From: Trichoplax sp. H2
Taxonomy: Eukaryota
Direction: 5' to 3'
DNA length: 64,000 nucleotides
Assembly (NCBI GenBank): GCA_003344405.1
Contig: NOWV01000210.1
Coordinates: 62,001 to 126,000, forward strand
The notes below the pieces were generated by a model, which did no database searches, was not told the DNA's origin, and saw only the letters and a program-made list of their open reading frames with translations. Positions 27,301 to 39,478 of this stretch are shown here, one piece after another. Positions within the stretch are counted from its first letter, which is position 1. Every line of letters begins with the position of its first letter. The position numbers were made by a program, and so were the translations under genes.

Positions 27301-30300
27301 GCTAAAGCTAAGGTTAGATATTGTTGCATTTCTATTTTTATTTTTGTTTGCGCTTGTTAATAGCCTTAATTTTATGATAAATTTGAAGTATTTATAAAAT
27401 TCTTGATTAGTCTTCGGTAAAAACTACTAGAGTAAATTTATTCTATAGTAAAAATTTAACTATAATTAGAACGTATCAAGCTAATTATATTATTTTGCTA
27501 TGAATATCATTGCAAAAATAGCCTTTGGCTAGATACTGATAATTTTATAAGGCTGATAAATATAATTGTGAACGTAATATGTAGTAATTCATATTCACTG
27601 ACATAACATTAGGGATAGAATAACTGAAGTAGAAATTGGATTTATCCGCAACAGCAACAGTCCACATGCCTACAACAGGATTCAATCCATTTCAAACAGT
27701 AGCCTAAATTCCTCATTTAGTGCAGTAGCAGGAACTTACCTTGTTAATGAAGGTCGGCTAATACAATCTAGACAGCCTTATGGTGACTCCTCAGTTGCCT
27801 CATCAAGAGCTTCCTTGTTTTCTAGTCCAACTCGTAATTCCTTACTAAATAGTAGAGATTTTGATAGTCGTAATACTAATACCGAGCCGGAGTTAGATAG
27901 AAGTCCTCAGCCCGATTTAACACCATCACCGACATCTCCTCCTACTCGATATCATCACGACGAAATTTCTCCACCTCGACGAAATGGTGATATTAAAATG
28001 GAAAAGCCGCAAAGATATCCCTCCCCACCTGCAAGTAATATAAAATCGGAACAGGAACGAAAGGTTGTCAAAATTTAGTCAATAATGTTAGGCTGAAAAT
28101 TGTAGCATCGCTAGATAAATTGTCCCACATTATAGCTTTGTTAAACATTTTACAAAGATCATAGGACATTAAATATTCAAGTAGACCATTAAATAACTTT
28201 ACTGGACTATTACAGTTACAAAATTGCTTCCACAATGCTACTAACCGATATTAGATCAAAATAAAATACAACGCAGTTATCTCTCAGCAGCTGATGATTG
28301 TAGTTAAGTTTAGAAATTTAAACACAGCGAGCAAAGCTCAGCAGCAATATCATAGTACTAACTACACTCCTACAATTATCTAGCTCGCTCAGGACCTAAA
28401 AAATCTAGCCGAAGGAACACATCAACGAACGTCCTCGTTTTCCGATACGGCATCTAACTTGGGAGGGTTAAGGCCCGCATTAAGTAGTACGCTACCATTA
28501 AACGACAAATTAGCTTTGGATCCAACTAAGAAGATTAAAGTTGAAAAAATGGAACTGGTAAAGTACAATTATACTAACAATCGCACAACTACTCTCTACT
28601 CTGCCAACTAACACTCTTCACTTTATATCACCAGGCGCTAAAATACCTGGGATTAGAACCAACAGAAGAAGAGCAGAAAAAATTAAGGAGAAGAATCTTA
28701 GCCGACCCTTCTGGTTATATCACATATGGAGGTATCCTATTTTAAATAGCATAAGCTATAAATTGTAATTTCTAGTGAGTAATCGAGCGATTTGTGGTGT
28801 GATTTATCTTGTAAATTTCCTATCCCTATTTCTATCGCAGAATTTGTTCGAGCAGCTAGAGAAGTTTTTCGCTTTCAGTTGCCTCCAGCTAATGATTCAG
28901 TTCATAAACTCAAGCCTAAAAGTTTGGGAAATCGAACTACAGATGGCTCTACAACACGACTGTCCAGTGCTTCTTTATCACAGGTAAGAATCTAATCCAG
29001 CCGATAGTATTTTGTATCAAATAACAATTAATATGCACAAAACTGAAACATCCGTGAAGTTTAAACGAAGATTCTTTAATTGATGTAGCTGCCAACAGCT
29101 AAATCAAGCACTACTTCAGTATCGGGTAGCACTGCTCGCTTCCTTCCGAAGCCAATATCAGTCAATATTATGGAAACCTTAGAAAATGTTCGTAGTCAAC
29201 GTGATCAAGCTTATAAGGAAATTGATCAGTTAAAGGTACTCTAACTTTGCTAATATTTATTATTGGTTAGTATTATCAGAAATATCCAACAAAAAATAAT
29301 GTATGCAACTATCCTTAATCTCTTGAAAGGTGCTACTACAAGACAACGAAAGGAGTATGAAAGCAGCTGACAATGAATTATTTAATATCCGACAGGTAGA
29401 GCTGAAAATGAGCAGAAGCAATATTAATTCGAATTTTTTTTGTCAATTTGTAGTTGAAATAGATATTCATCTTGATTCTTATATTTAGCCTTTACTTTCA
29501 TTTGTTTCATCATCCATTCGTTAAATAATATCATGAGGGCTAAATTAAGAAAAAATTACTATTGTGATTGTTTTTATGAACTTCAGGATGTAGAAAAGGC
29601 TATTAAGGAAAATCAAGACTTAAGAAAGAGGATTCAGTTGCAAAATGAAGCTCATACTGCTGCGAAACAAATTGAATCAGAGTATGAAGCGGTAAGATGC
29701 CAGAAATAAAATTTTGAACTAAGCATGTATGCTGTTGAAAATTGTATATTAATACAATATGTGCTTAATCGTGTATAGCTGGTTAAAAACCTAACAAACG
29801 ATGTATCCAAGCTTAAAAATAGCCATCGAGCCCTGAAACAGGTATTTTCCGAGATTAATGTCTCCGTTATGAAAATTTTAGCTATATACAGTAGGCTAAT
29901 TTATAATACAAGTTTCTTGATATATACGCGTATGAGCTGATTTTTTATATCATATCAAGTCCGCAAGTAATGAAATAAGAAAGCAAATGTCCATACTTGA
30001 ATGTGAACTGAAGAAAGCTGAGCAAACTAAGCAAAACTACGAAGCGGCCACTGAGAAATTACTTGCGTTTGTTCAGACAGTTAAAGCAACATTAAGCGAA
30101 GGTGGTGATACTGGAACTAAATCGCAATATCCAAGACCTCCAGGTAAATCGATACCTGAATATCCCAATAAAGACCAAAATAATAGCATTTTGAAGGATG
30201 TAAAAACGATTTTAAAGACCGTAAAGCCTTTGCTAGAATTTTACGGTAAGTTATAGGTTAATAACTTCAATTCTTATGATTTCTTCTGTTGTACAAAGTA

Positions 30301-30658
30301 CTTAGTATGTAGATACTATAAAAAACACTGCATGATAGCGGCTTCGTTGTCATTATTCTTCTTTTACTACATGTGCTGTAACGAAATACTAATAATTTCA
30401 GTTCTTCCATATGGCTGGTCTGAAGCGATAGCTGCTGATGGCCAAAAGTATTACATGAAGTAAGTTTAAAATCTATGTTCATTTCCACTGACCTAATTTT
30501 TATACTTCGTAATATCATCAACTTCTAATGTATGAGATTAAAGTTAAACATAACACTATATTAACTTGTTGCTATTTAGCCATATAACTCAAAAAACAAG
30601 CTGGGAAAGACCAGTACAGACTGGAAATACTGGTTCTACCGACGAATTAATAGTCTAA
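24316..30658 (+). CDS. STXBP4: Syntaxin-binding protein 4 (Synip) homolog: two PDZ domains, EF-hand-like region, coiled coils, C-terminal WW domain
   Basis: PDZ1 reads IHLKDCSDGIGVRIIGG..FGIFIKAL..GQLLEGDLLLKVNG. PDZ2 reads GLGLSLTGG..IVEEIVPGGDVYKDGRMRKGDHIVSI..AKSIITRLKLR, very close to the STXBP4 PDZ. Also present are ALKYLGLEPTEEEQKKLR and YGEFVRAAREVF. The WW domain reads LPYGWSEAIAADGQKYYMNHITQKTSWERP, with TAA at 30656-30658. The ATG at 24316 has an in-frame stop upstream. Confidence 0.9.
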
Positions 30659-32986
30659 GAACCAATTGTGTCTCACTGAAGGTGATTAACAGCAAACATG
30701 ATCATTCGCTCATGAAAGTTTAATAGAAATAATTTTTGGTTCAATTGTTATGGTATATTTATCACAGCTGAATCTCCGGTATTGGCTAGATGGGAATAGA
30801 ATGTAAATTCATTACAATTCACAAATTCTTCTCAACTTCTTGGTACTGGAGACTGTTAAACAATAAGAGTCTGAATTTGATATACATACAAATGTTCTTT
30901 GTGTGCTCCGCATTTAATTACTTTTATATTAAGATTAAGTAACGACAATGAACTATTTCAATTTAAGAAATGTTGGCTATGGTAACAGCAATCGAAATCT
31001 GGAGTACTTTTGTAGATTTGGATCCCGATTTTTATTATGCTATTCCTACAGCAACTATCATTCTTCAACATTACAAAGATATCTATTTTAATGTACTCTA
31101 CTTTTCAATCAACACAACCACTCACATATTCAATGATCCAACTGCTAATTAAGCAGCAGTGATAGTTTATCGCCTTCAGACTGAAAAATTTCAATTAATT
31201 ATTTCGAAGATTGAGTCATTCCATTGCATACTAAGCTGTGGATTAATATTTTTATTGATTTCAACTGAAGTGTGGCCTTATGCCGATAATGCTGGATTAA
31301 AGTCAATTTACTAAGTGATTTAGATATCATTCCTAAATACTGACGGTCTCCTTCGATGCAATTGCCGTCTTTACGATATTTAAAATTATTTTTAATCTCT
31401 CATTATAACCATTACGAATAATTTGCAATTGAAGTCAATAACGATCTCTTAAAGTTTCGCCATATAGTTTGTAGTAGCTTAGGCTACCATTAAATTTACA
31501 ATTTATTCGACCTATTAATGTTGTCTGACTGTTGTAACGACATTTTTATAACTTTTACGTTAGTACATGGTTAACATGCACTAACAATTTGTTTAATTAT
31601 TTGCACAAATAAAACTAACAACATTATTAAGCCCGTGTTTCTTGTAGCCTCATTACATTTTGTTTTATTTGAATATTCCTAATTCAAGCTAGCAGCTAGT
31701 AGTCAACTCTTTCTCGATCGTAATAAATAAATTATACGTAATAGCTACCTCTACATTAACTTTTGGTCTATTCATTTACCACCAATTTATCTATTGAAAG
31801 TTGTCCTATTTTTAAACATAAAAATTTCAACATCGTTTTTTATACCATTCCTGTAAATGTAATGCTGATTGTATATGCTTTCTATCGTTTACAATTTGAA
31901 TAATATTTAAGAATAGGCTTGTAAATCTGTTAAATAGTATACGTATGTATTAGAGCCATGTCTATCTATGGCAGCAATGTTTACAAGTTGCAAGTTTAAC
32001 GTTGAAACTAAGTTATTCTTTAAGATGTGCGTTATAATTTTTAATTTTTACCTGTATAGAGGACTTTCTGATTTTAAACTGGTATACAGGTATTATTATT
32101 ATATTGTATTGTATAATGATAATGGTAACGATTTAATTCCAACATTTCTCGATTTAATATAAATAATGATATAGTGATTGTAATCTCCCTATTTCTTTAA
32201 CTATTCTTTAGCCTAATTCAATGTAAGTTTATACCTAAACGGCAGTAATGACGACAGGAATAATTAGAAGCTGCGATATTTTGTAACTGGAGTATCAATC
32301 AGTATTTTCAAAGATTTAACTAAATTTGAATTGCATCTGTAACCCGTAATGAAAAATTTAATCTATTTACCTGTGATACCATGGTAAAAGAGTTTGCTAT
32401 AATTTAATAAACTAGATCTCAGTAGCATATAAGCGTACACTAAGTTATCAGAATGAGCGCAGATGCCTTTACAAATTCTATTAAAGCACTGCAATTCCAA
32501 CACCTACGCTATCGTTTACTATTGCATACGCTACAGCTAATCGCTAAGTTGATTCGACCGTTAGTCTGCGCAAAATGTAACAAATTTTACATTAAGAGTG
32601 CTTGTAATCAGGTAAAGACGCATGTCGAATCGCGTACCTTTAAAAACTATCATGCAATTTAAAGAACGTAAAGGCACAATGATAAATACAGTGAAGACAT
32701 GTACGCAAGTTATAACTATAATAAAATTTATTATTACTTCAGGACTGAATTAGTCAGTTGGTTCAGTTCCGTCAGAAAATATCAAATTATTCAAAATTTC
32801 TTAGAAATATATTTCAAGGTTGATATAAATACACCCTACAATAGATTTGGTAATACTTTATCTGCTTTTGCATTTTAGTTGCCACAGGGTGATACACTGT
32901 GTAAAATCAAAGGATAAGGCAACTGTTAAGTGTAGTTACATCCACACTTTAGAAATAAAAATTATGTAAGTATAGCTATTATACAA

Positions 32987-35900
32987 TTATTGAGAATCTT
33001 CGTTTAATTCTGCTGTTTTTCTACGTTGCTTGGACGGCTCACGTAAGGTTTTAAAAGACATGAACAAAATGATCTGAAAATTTATATTTAACGTTTAGTT
33101 GATAAATATAAAAATATAAGGTTTTTATGTGGTATTCAAAGCTACAGTAGGAGCGGTCTTTAATTACCATGACCTATTAATCGATCTTATTAATGCCATT
33201 AACTATAAAATAATGTAATGCACTACTGGTACTTACAGCTAAAAACACAACTAAGCCGGCCATGACACCAAACGTTGCATAAAGATTATGGATAAGACCA
33301 CCCGCATACAACGGACCAAAGATCGTTGCAACACTGGCGATTGCACGTCGGAAACCTTGGGTTAGCCCTGTGTATGAGACGTTAATTATAATTCAAGTCA
33401 ATACTATCTATTATTCGATTTTATCGGGGCATTAGTACAAGCTAATATTTAAGAATAAGAAGACTTTGTGATACTATTTGATACCTTGTGTTTCTTCATC
33501 TGTTAATTTTGAAAATAATGAAGATGATGAAACGACAAAGAAAGGAACACCGCTAACTATGAAAAACGTACTGATGATAAAGGCCATTAAATTGGTTGGT
33601 GTATCTAAAGAGATATATAAAAAATGAAGGAAAACAATATGGTATTAAAATATTAGGCCCTTGCATACGATATCCATTAGTGTTTATGTTACTGACGTCG
33701 CGTTGCTTGGCCAAAAAATCCAATGTCCCAAACAAGGGAGAAAGTTTGCGCTACAATCCCAATTACCATAAGCCACCTGAAATTGTGCAAAAGTATTTCT
33801 TTACTTTCTTAGCGATGACTATCACATGGAAGTGTTAAAACTTCATGACTAGTTTATCGTCATGAATGTAATGCTCAAAATAATAATAAGAGTTGATTGC
33901 TAACCTATCTTCTATTTTCTTGCTAATTATCGTAATAAGTAAGAACACGATGATGGCCAGCAAGCCTACAACACCGTACATGATGCTATTTGCTAATTCA
34001 CCCCAACCAAGTAGTTCTTCTGTTAATGGGATCACTAGTGTCTAAAGGCAATTATAAAAAGCATCTTAGAAACAGCACGGAAACAATATTACCAACTGTT
34101 GAAATTGAGGTTAGTGGTTTAGGGAGTAGAATTACTTCAAAAGAGGTTTGATTGAAGAAAACTACAAATTGTGCTGTTAATAACACAATTAGCTCCTCTC
34201 GCAAAATGCCTACAACGGATAACATGGGGAAAGAAACTTTAAAACCCTTACACATTGGTGGATATACTAAAAATAATTACTTTTAATGAATATTATATCA
34301 CTGTAAACGGCATAACAACCGGTTGTATAGTGACACATTGAATTCGTATCTACATGCACTGAAAATTTAAAACATATGTGAAACCTACCAACTAAAAATC
34401 CTTTCTTCTTCGGCTTTTTAATTCGAATTTCTTCATCATCTGAAGATGCATTAATAGAACAACTAGCATTGATACCAACAGTTGGATCTGTATGTTGAGA
34501 TTCTTCATCAAGCCCAGTTCCGTAATTATTCATACGCCCAGACTTTATTATTGGAGATTTTTCAGTACTTTCACTAGTTTGATTGCCGTCTCTTTCACGT
34601 TTAGAAAGTGGTGGTTGATCGAAGTACAAGAATAATATCATCAATTCATCAAGCAGGAATAAACATGCCATGAAAATCTGAAAGAAATAGTTTTGAACGT
34701 GATATAAAGAATGTTGTCATAATCTATATATTGCGTAATCAAGGAATTGGTTTAAAATGTTAATGTAATCATAAGATGCGAAAATATAACAAAAAGATTT
34801 ATTCAAATTAAGAATATTGCCTACTCCTGGAGACGTAAAAGCATCAACTTGAAAAGGTCCAATCTTAAAATGAAGACCCTTTAGGAATACATTAAATGCA
34901 GGTCCTGAAAAGTATGTTTATAGGTGAAATATTTGTTTGAAATTTTTTAAGTACTATTTCACAAAGATTGCTTAGATAAAGCTCCTATTTACATCCTGCT
35001 ATCAAAGTAGTTTTCTAAGTAGTTACGTATTAACCTAACAACATTCCACACTGTCTGGCCATCATAGCAAGTGAAAAGACTTTGGTTCTTTCAGCAACTG
35101 TACTCGTTCTGGCAATCTGGGCGAGTATAGCCGAACCAGCTCCAGCACCAAAGCCACATAATAATCTAGCCCCAAGCAGCCAATATTGTGATGGTGCGGC
35201 AAAATATAAAAAATTTCCTAGGTAGAATATTTGAATTAAACAGTTGTCAATACAATCGTAGTCGTACAATTAATTATTAGCAATTTGAGGACTTAGCACA
35301 AGCAAATAAATATAAATCTGGAAAAGAGAATAGTAAAGTGGCTTCTCCTAAGGTCTTACGTTAACAACACAAGCATAACGTAACAGGTTCTGATGTAACT
35401 TTACTATAATGATCGAAATAATGCTGATATCAGCGTAACTCTTCATACCTCCTAGTTCGAATAGATTGCCAAAGATGACTACCCATTTAGCATTTTTGGA
35501 GCGGTCGCATAAATAGCCCATTAACGGGTTAGAAAAGAGTTGAGCGAAGCTGAATGCCGACAATATCATGCCATACATCCAATTGCTACCACCAAATCGA
35601 TTGACAACAAAGTTGAATAAGGTTGGTATAATTACAGCTATTAGATAAAATAGTAATAACAACTATAATTAGCTACCCATCACCGTTCCGAAAGTAGGAA
35701 AAATTACTGAAAATTGCAATACGATAGTAGGCATATTAATCAGTAGCTCAAGTTTTTCATTTGATCGTCTTTTAATATAAATCTTAGGACTTTACAATAT
35801 ATAAGCGACATTTTTTAAGACTGTCGTAAGTATGCAGTAAAGTACATTTGATAGTAATATCGTTCATAAACGGTAAAGAAAAAATATGCTCTTTGTAGCT

Positions 35901-37199
35901 GTATCGTGCCTATAGAACTTTCTGTCTCTTCGCTGAATGTATTAACTAAGCGATTCTTCTGCATGTGTACGTTTCAGACGATATCTAGTTAGCATTGACT
36001 GACTAAGAAAGGGCAATATCGTAGACAGCATGTGCTAAACTCCATCGTATCAATTGCATAGTAGCAACTGCCATAGAACACTTCAATTGTAGTCAAAATA
36101 TGATTATAAGCATCCAAAGTAGAATTGATGATAGAACATGTAATAACAGACAGGAGTAAATAAACATATCAACGATTACGATGGAGGTTAACATCGGAGA
36201 GTCCATGCTTTGGGAGGAATATTAGCATTCATGATCAATTATCCTTTAGTTTATTTATTCGACACATTGCTAGCATAGAAAATGACTTTAGTGTAATCCT
36301 TTTCGTTGGTGTTGTTATCTGGAAGTTAGGATTACTGCAATTGCATTTCGATTGGTATGACAGTAACAGCTTGTTCGATAACAAGATTAAATTAATACTG
36401 ATAATTTACAAATTAAAGTATACGCGTATATGCCGTTAGATTAGATCATCGTTCCGCTGCCGGCTAACAAGCTTCAAAGTAATGTTGTTTAAACATGTAC
36501 ACAGTTCTGTGTACAATAATATTTGCATTCTGTTATTATAACTTGATCAGTTTGAAATAGATTTTACCTTAAAATCTGCCTATAATACAACGAAGTACCG
36601 AAATTTGGACTATCATTTAGTTATCTATAGTAGAGCACTCGCGTTGATTAAGATAGCAAGACAACAAGCAAGTCCATGTGAAATTCAATCATTGTATCTC
36701 TTTTATCTATTCCTGATGAAATCGATCATTAAGATAGTGAAATAGATAACTACGTAACTGTTTATTTACTCGATTAAGTTGACATTGATAATATTTGGTA
36801 ATAGTAGAAATAATTTTTTTGAACTGATGATGAAATTGATTGTCGGCAAAAATAAGTTTGTTTCAATGATAAATGATTACTGTTTGAATAAAGGCCATTC
36901 ATATATCATCAGCAATATCAATTATCCATGTCTAGCTGTTTATATTGACTGACTGTAATCCATTTCTAGTTTACTTATCAAGTTGATTTGTTCTTGTGTG
37001 ATATGATGAAATCGAAAATGCAATTTTTATAGTTGATAAATTATCATAGTCAAATTTCGCTTATTAAGTAAGAGCGATATCAGTCTGTACGTTCATCTAG
37101 CCATGACATCATGCATTGCATCTTACCATATTCAATTCCTCCTAAGAGAAAGAAGACGCCAATAGACACATTGGTGGAGATTACCTTCCACCGTTTCAT
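32987..37199 (-). CDS. MFSD8-like: Major facilitator superfamily transporter, MFSD8/CLN7-like, multi-exon
   Basis: The spliced protein reads MKRWKVISTNVSIGVFFLLGGIEY|AVIIPTL...LSAFSFAQLFSNPLMGYLCDR...LLGARLLCGFGAG...RQCGMLLGPAFN...FFNQTSFE|TLVIP...SSLFSKLT...QGFRRAIASVATIFGPLYAG. The stop is at 32987-32989. Confidence 0.88.
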
Positions 37200-37649
37200 C
37201 TCTGCGGTAGATGAACCGGTTACTTGGTAATGTTGATACGATAAACTTGAAGGATGAAGGCAGAAGAATATCTCTTCCTAATCAAGGAGAGAAATGCCTG
37301 CACTTGGATGCTATCGCAATTAGGATCTTCTTCTATCGACTAGCAGCTTAGCTTGATCAAATCGTCTTCCAACAAGTTATATTGAAGGAAATGCTTTTCT
37401 ACCGAATGGAAGAGTATTCAAAGTATGCCAACTCTGTCTACCCAATAGCAGATGGCACTAGTATCAACGTTTTCTGATGAGTGTTTTGATTATATCATGG
37501 ATAGCTCAAATTGTTCCAATCTTATATTATCGAGTGATCTAATAAACTATCCAAATTCAATATGGAGCTAAGACACTATTTAGAATAGACAGCCGGGCGA
37601 AATTGCCATGACATCATAGCCATGATTGCAAATCACCCCATCAAGCTAT

Positions 37650-37935
37650 GACGTACCGCACCGTACCGTACCGTACCGATGCCAAAGACTCTGTGTACAG
37701 AAATGGAGAAGTACGACTATACTGTACGATACAGTACTGTACAGTACAGTATGTACAACATAAAGTACACTGACCACACTGCAGACTATGGACCGACGTT
37801 TTGCAGTACAGTAGAGTACAGTACCGTACAGTACAAAGCACGGTAACCGGCTTGGCCGGGCTGTACACTGTACACTGTACGTATCGGACAGACAGCCTGA
37901 AGCCATAAAAGAACTCTTTCATGTACAGTATTATA
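37650..37935. repeat. TACAGT/ACTGTA/TACCG low-complexity array in the divergent promoter region
   Basis: Dense tandem gtaccgtaccg, actgtacagtac and ctgtaca units. Confidence 0.8.
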
Positions 37936-38090
37936 GTCGATGGCACAGTTGTCCCCGGTACAGGAGTACTCCAATGCATGTTTACAACCGCCGATGAATG
38001 TGGTGGGGGGTGGGTGGCCAGTCCATCACATGATACTGACAGTAGTGTAGTATAAAAGATGGAAAGAAAAGAGGAAGAAAACACGCCATG

Positions 38091-38416
38091 ATGAAAGCAC
38101 TTTCAAAATGGCGATCATATCACCCTATCTAAACCCCAAATTACTCTGTAATTGGTTCTATCATTGTTGGATGCTGCATGAAAGCACTTTGCAAAATTGC
38201 CATCATACCACCCAGTCTAAACCCCATATTACTCTACTGTATACTAGGCTCTAACATTGTTGGATGCTGCGTGAAAGCACTCTGAAAAATTGAGATCACA
38301 CCACCCAATCTAAACCCCATGAAAGCACTTTAAAAATTACGATCACACCACCTAATCTAAACCCCATATTACTGTACTGTATACTTGGCTCTACCATTGT
38401 TGGATGCTGCATGAAA
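38091..38416. repeat. ~90-bp tandem repeat (about 3.5 copies, one truncated)
   Basis: Units of the form tgaaagcact...ctaaacccc...cattgttggatgctgc start at ~38091, 38178, 38271 (truncated) and 38319. Confidence 0.88.
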
Positions 38417-38748
38417 AGATGATGGTTTACTGCATAGACTGAGCGAGTATTCAATCCATTTCAGATTTGCTATCGTATGGTTGGATGAATTGGATATGAC
38501 CTGAGGTCCTAATGGAGTAGGTTGCAAACTTACTCTTTGCATCAAGATCAGAATTCATGGAGATTGATTCTCATTGCAATGATATTAATTAACGTTGAGA
38601 GTAGAATGTACTGTGTAGTACGAACCTTGAAAGGCGATGTACAATGTACATAAAGTGTCGACCAGAGGTAAAAGAAACGCATCATTAGTTGGTCATTTCC
38701 GACTTGTATCAAAGGTTTACCTCGATGCGTTAAGCTAATTGATTATGC

Positions 38749-38793
38749 CATGGATGACGAGAAAGAAATCAGATTTCTTTCTCGTCATCCATG
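38749..38793. repeat. Perfect 22-bp inverted repeat with 1-nt spacer
   Basis: CATGGATGACGAGAAAGAAATC-A-GATTTCTTTCTCGTCATCCATG; the two arms are exact reverse complements. Confidence 0.95.
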
Positions 38794-39478
38794 ATTAAGT
38801 AAACAATCACAGAAATAGAAGAGATTAAGCTGGCAGTCCAAGAAATGAGTAAAACAAAAGAAAATCCGCTTTTAGTCATATTGCAAGCGTCCAGTCATTT
38901 ACTACTACATGCACCTACATCATGGAGTAGTCCATGGCTGACATGGGACAATTGTATGACAGATATCCATCAGCTAGTACAGCCAAGAGTAAAATCATAC
39001 GCCGATTTATTCAAGGTTGTGGAAGTATTCTTGTAATCATTCCAACTTAATGAATTAATGATGCACTGATACACAAAGGCAACTGCCGGCGTCATCACCT
39101 AACCACAAAGGGATCATGGAAACTGCAGCGGAAAGGCATACTCCATTGTCCATGGCTCCTCCTCAGCATAAAATTTCTGTTAGCCATTTCGACCAACTAC
39201 TGTACCATGAAGCAGTAGAAGACCTATTCAGCAAATCGATTCTTTTAGTAGTCCTCGATATGATCTAGTTAGTCAATGACTGCAGATTGAGTAGCAATCG
39301 ATTGCTGGACAGACATCTTTGAGGAGTGATTGACGTTGGCCATCAGTACTGCAGCCATTTCAGATACGATAGCCCCCCGTAGTCGAGTTGATTTATTACA
39401 GTCTTATAGAACAGACTAAAGTCATTAAATCCTTGTTGGCTCTGTGGTGACTAAAGTCAAGCCAATGTATGATTGAAG

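Noticed and set aside
28732..28840. Possible U12-type intron (donor GTATCCTA) in STXBP4
   Set aside because: The donor deviates from GTATCCTT and there is no TCCTTAAC-type branch site near the acceptor.
37641..38084. Cys/Thr/Val/Tyr-rich ORFs (also 58163-58607 and 17337-17881)
   Set aside because: These are translations of the TACAGT low-complexity arrays, which are stop-poor in some frames.
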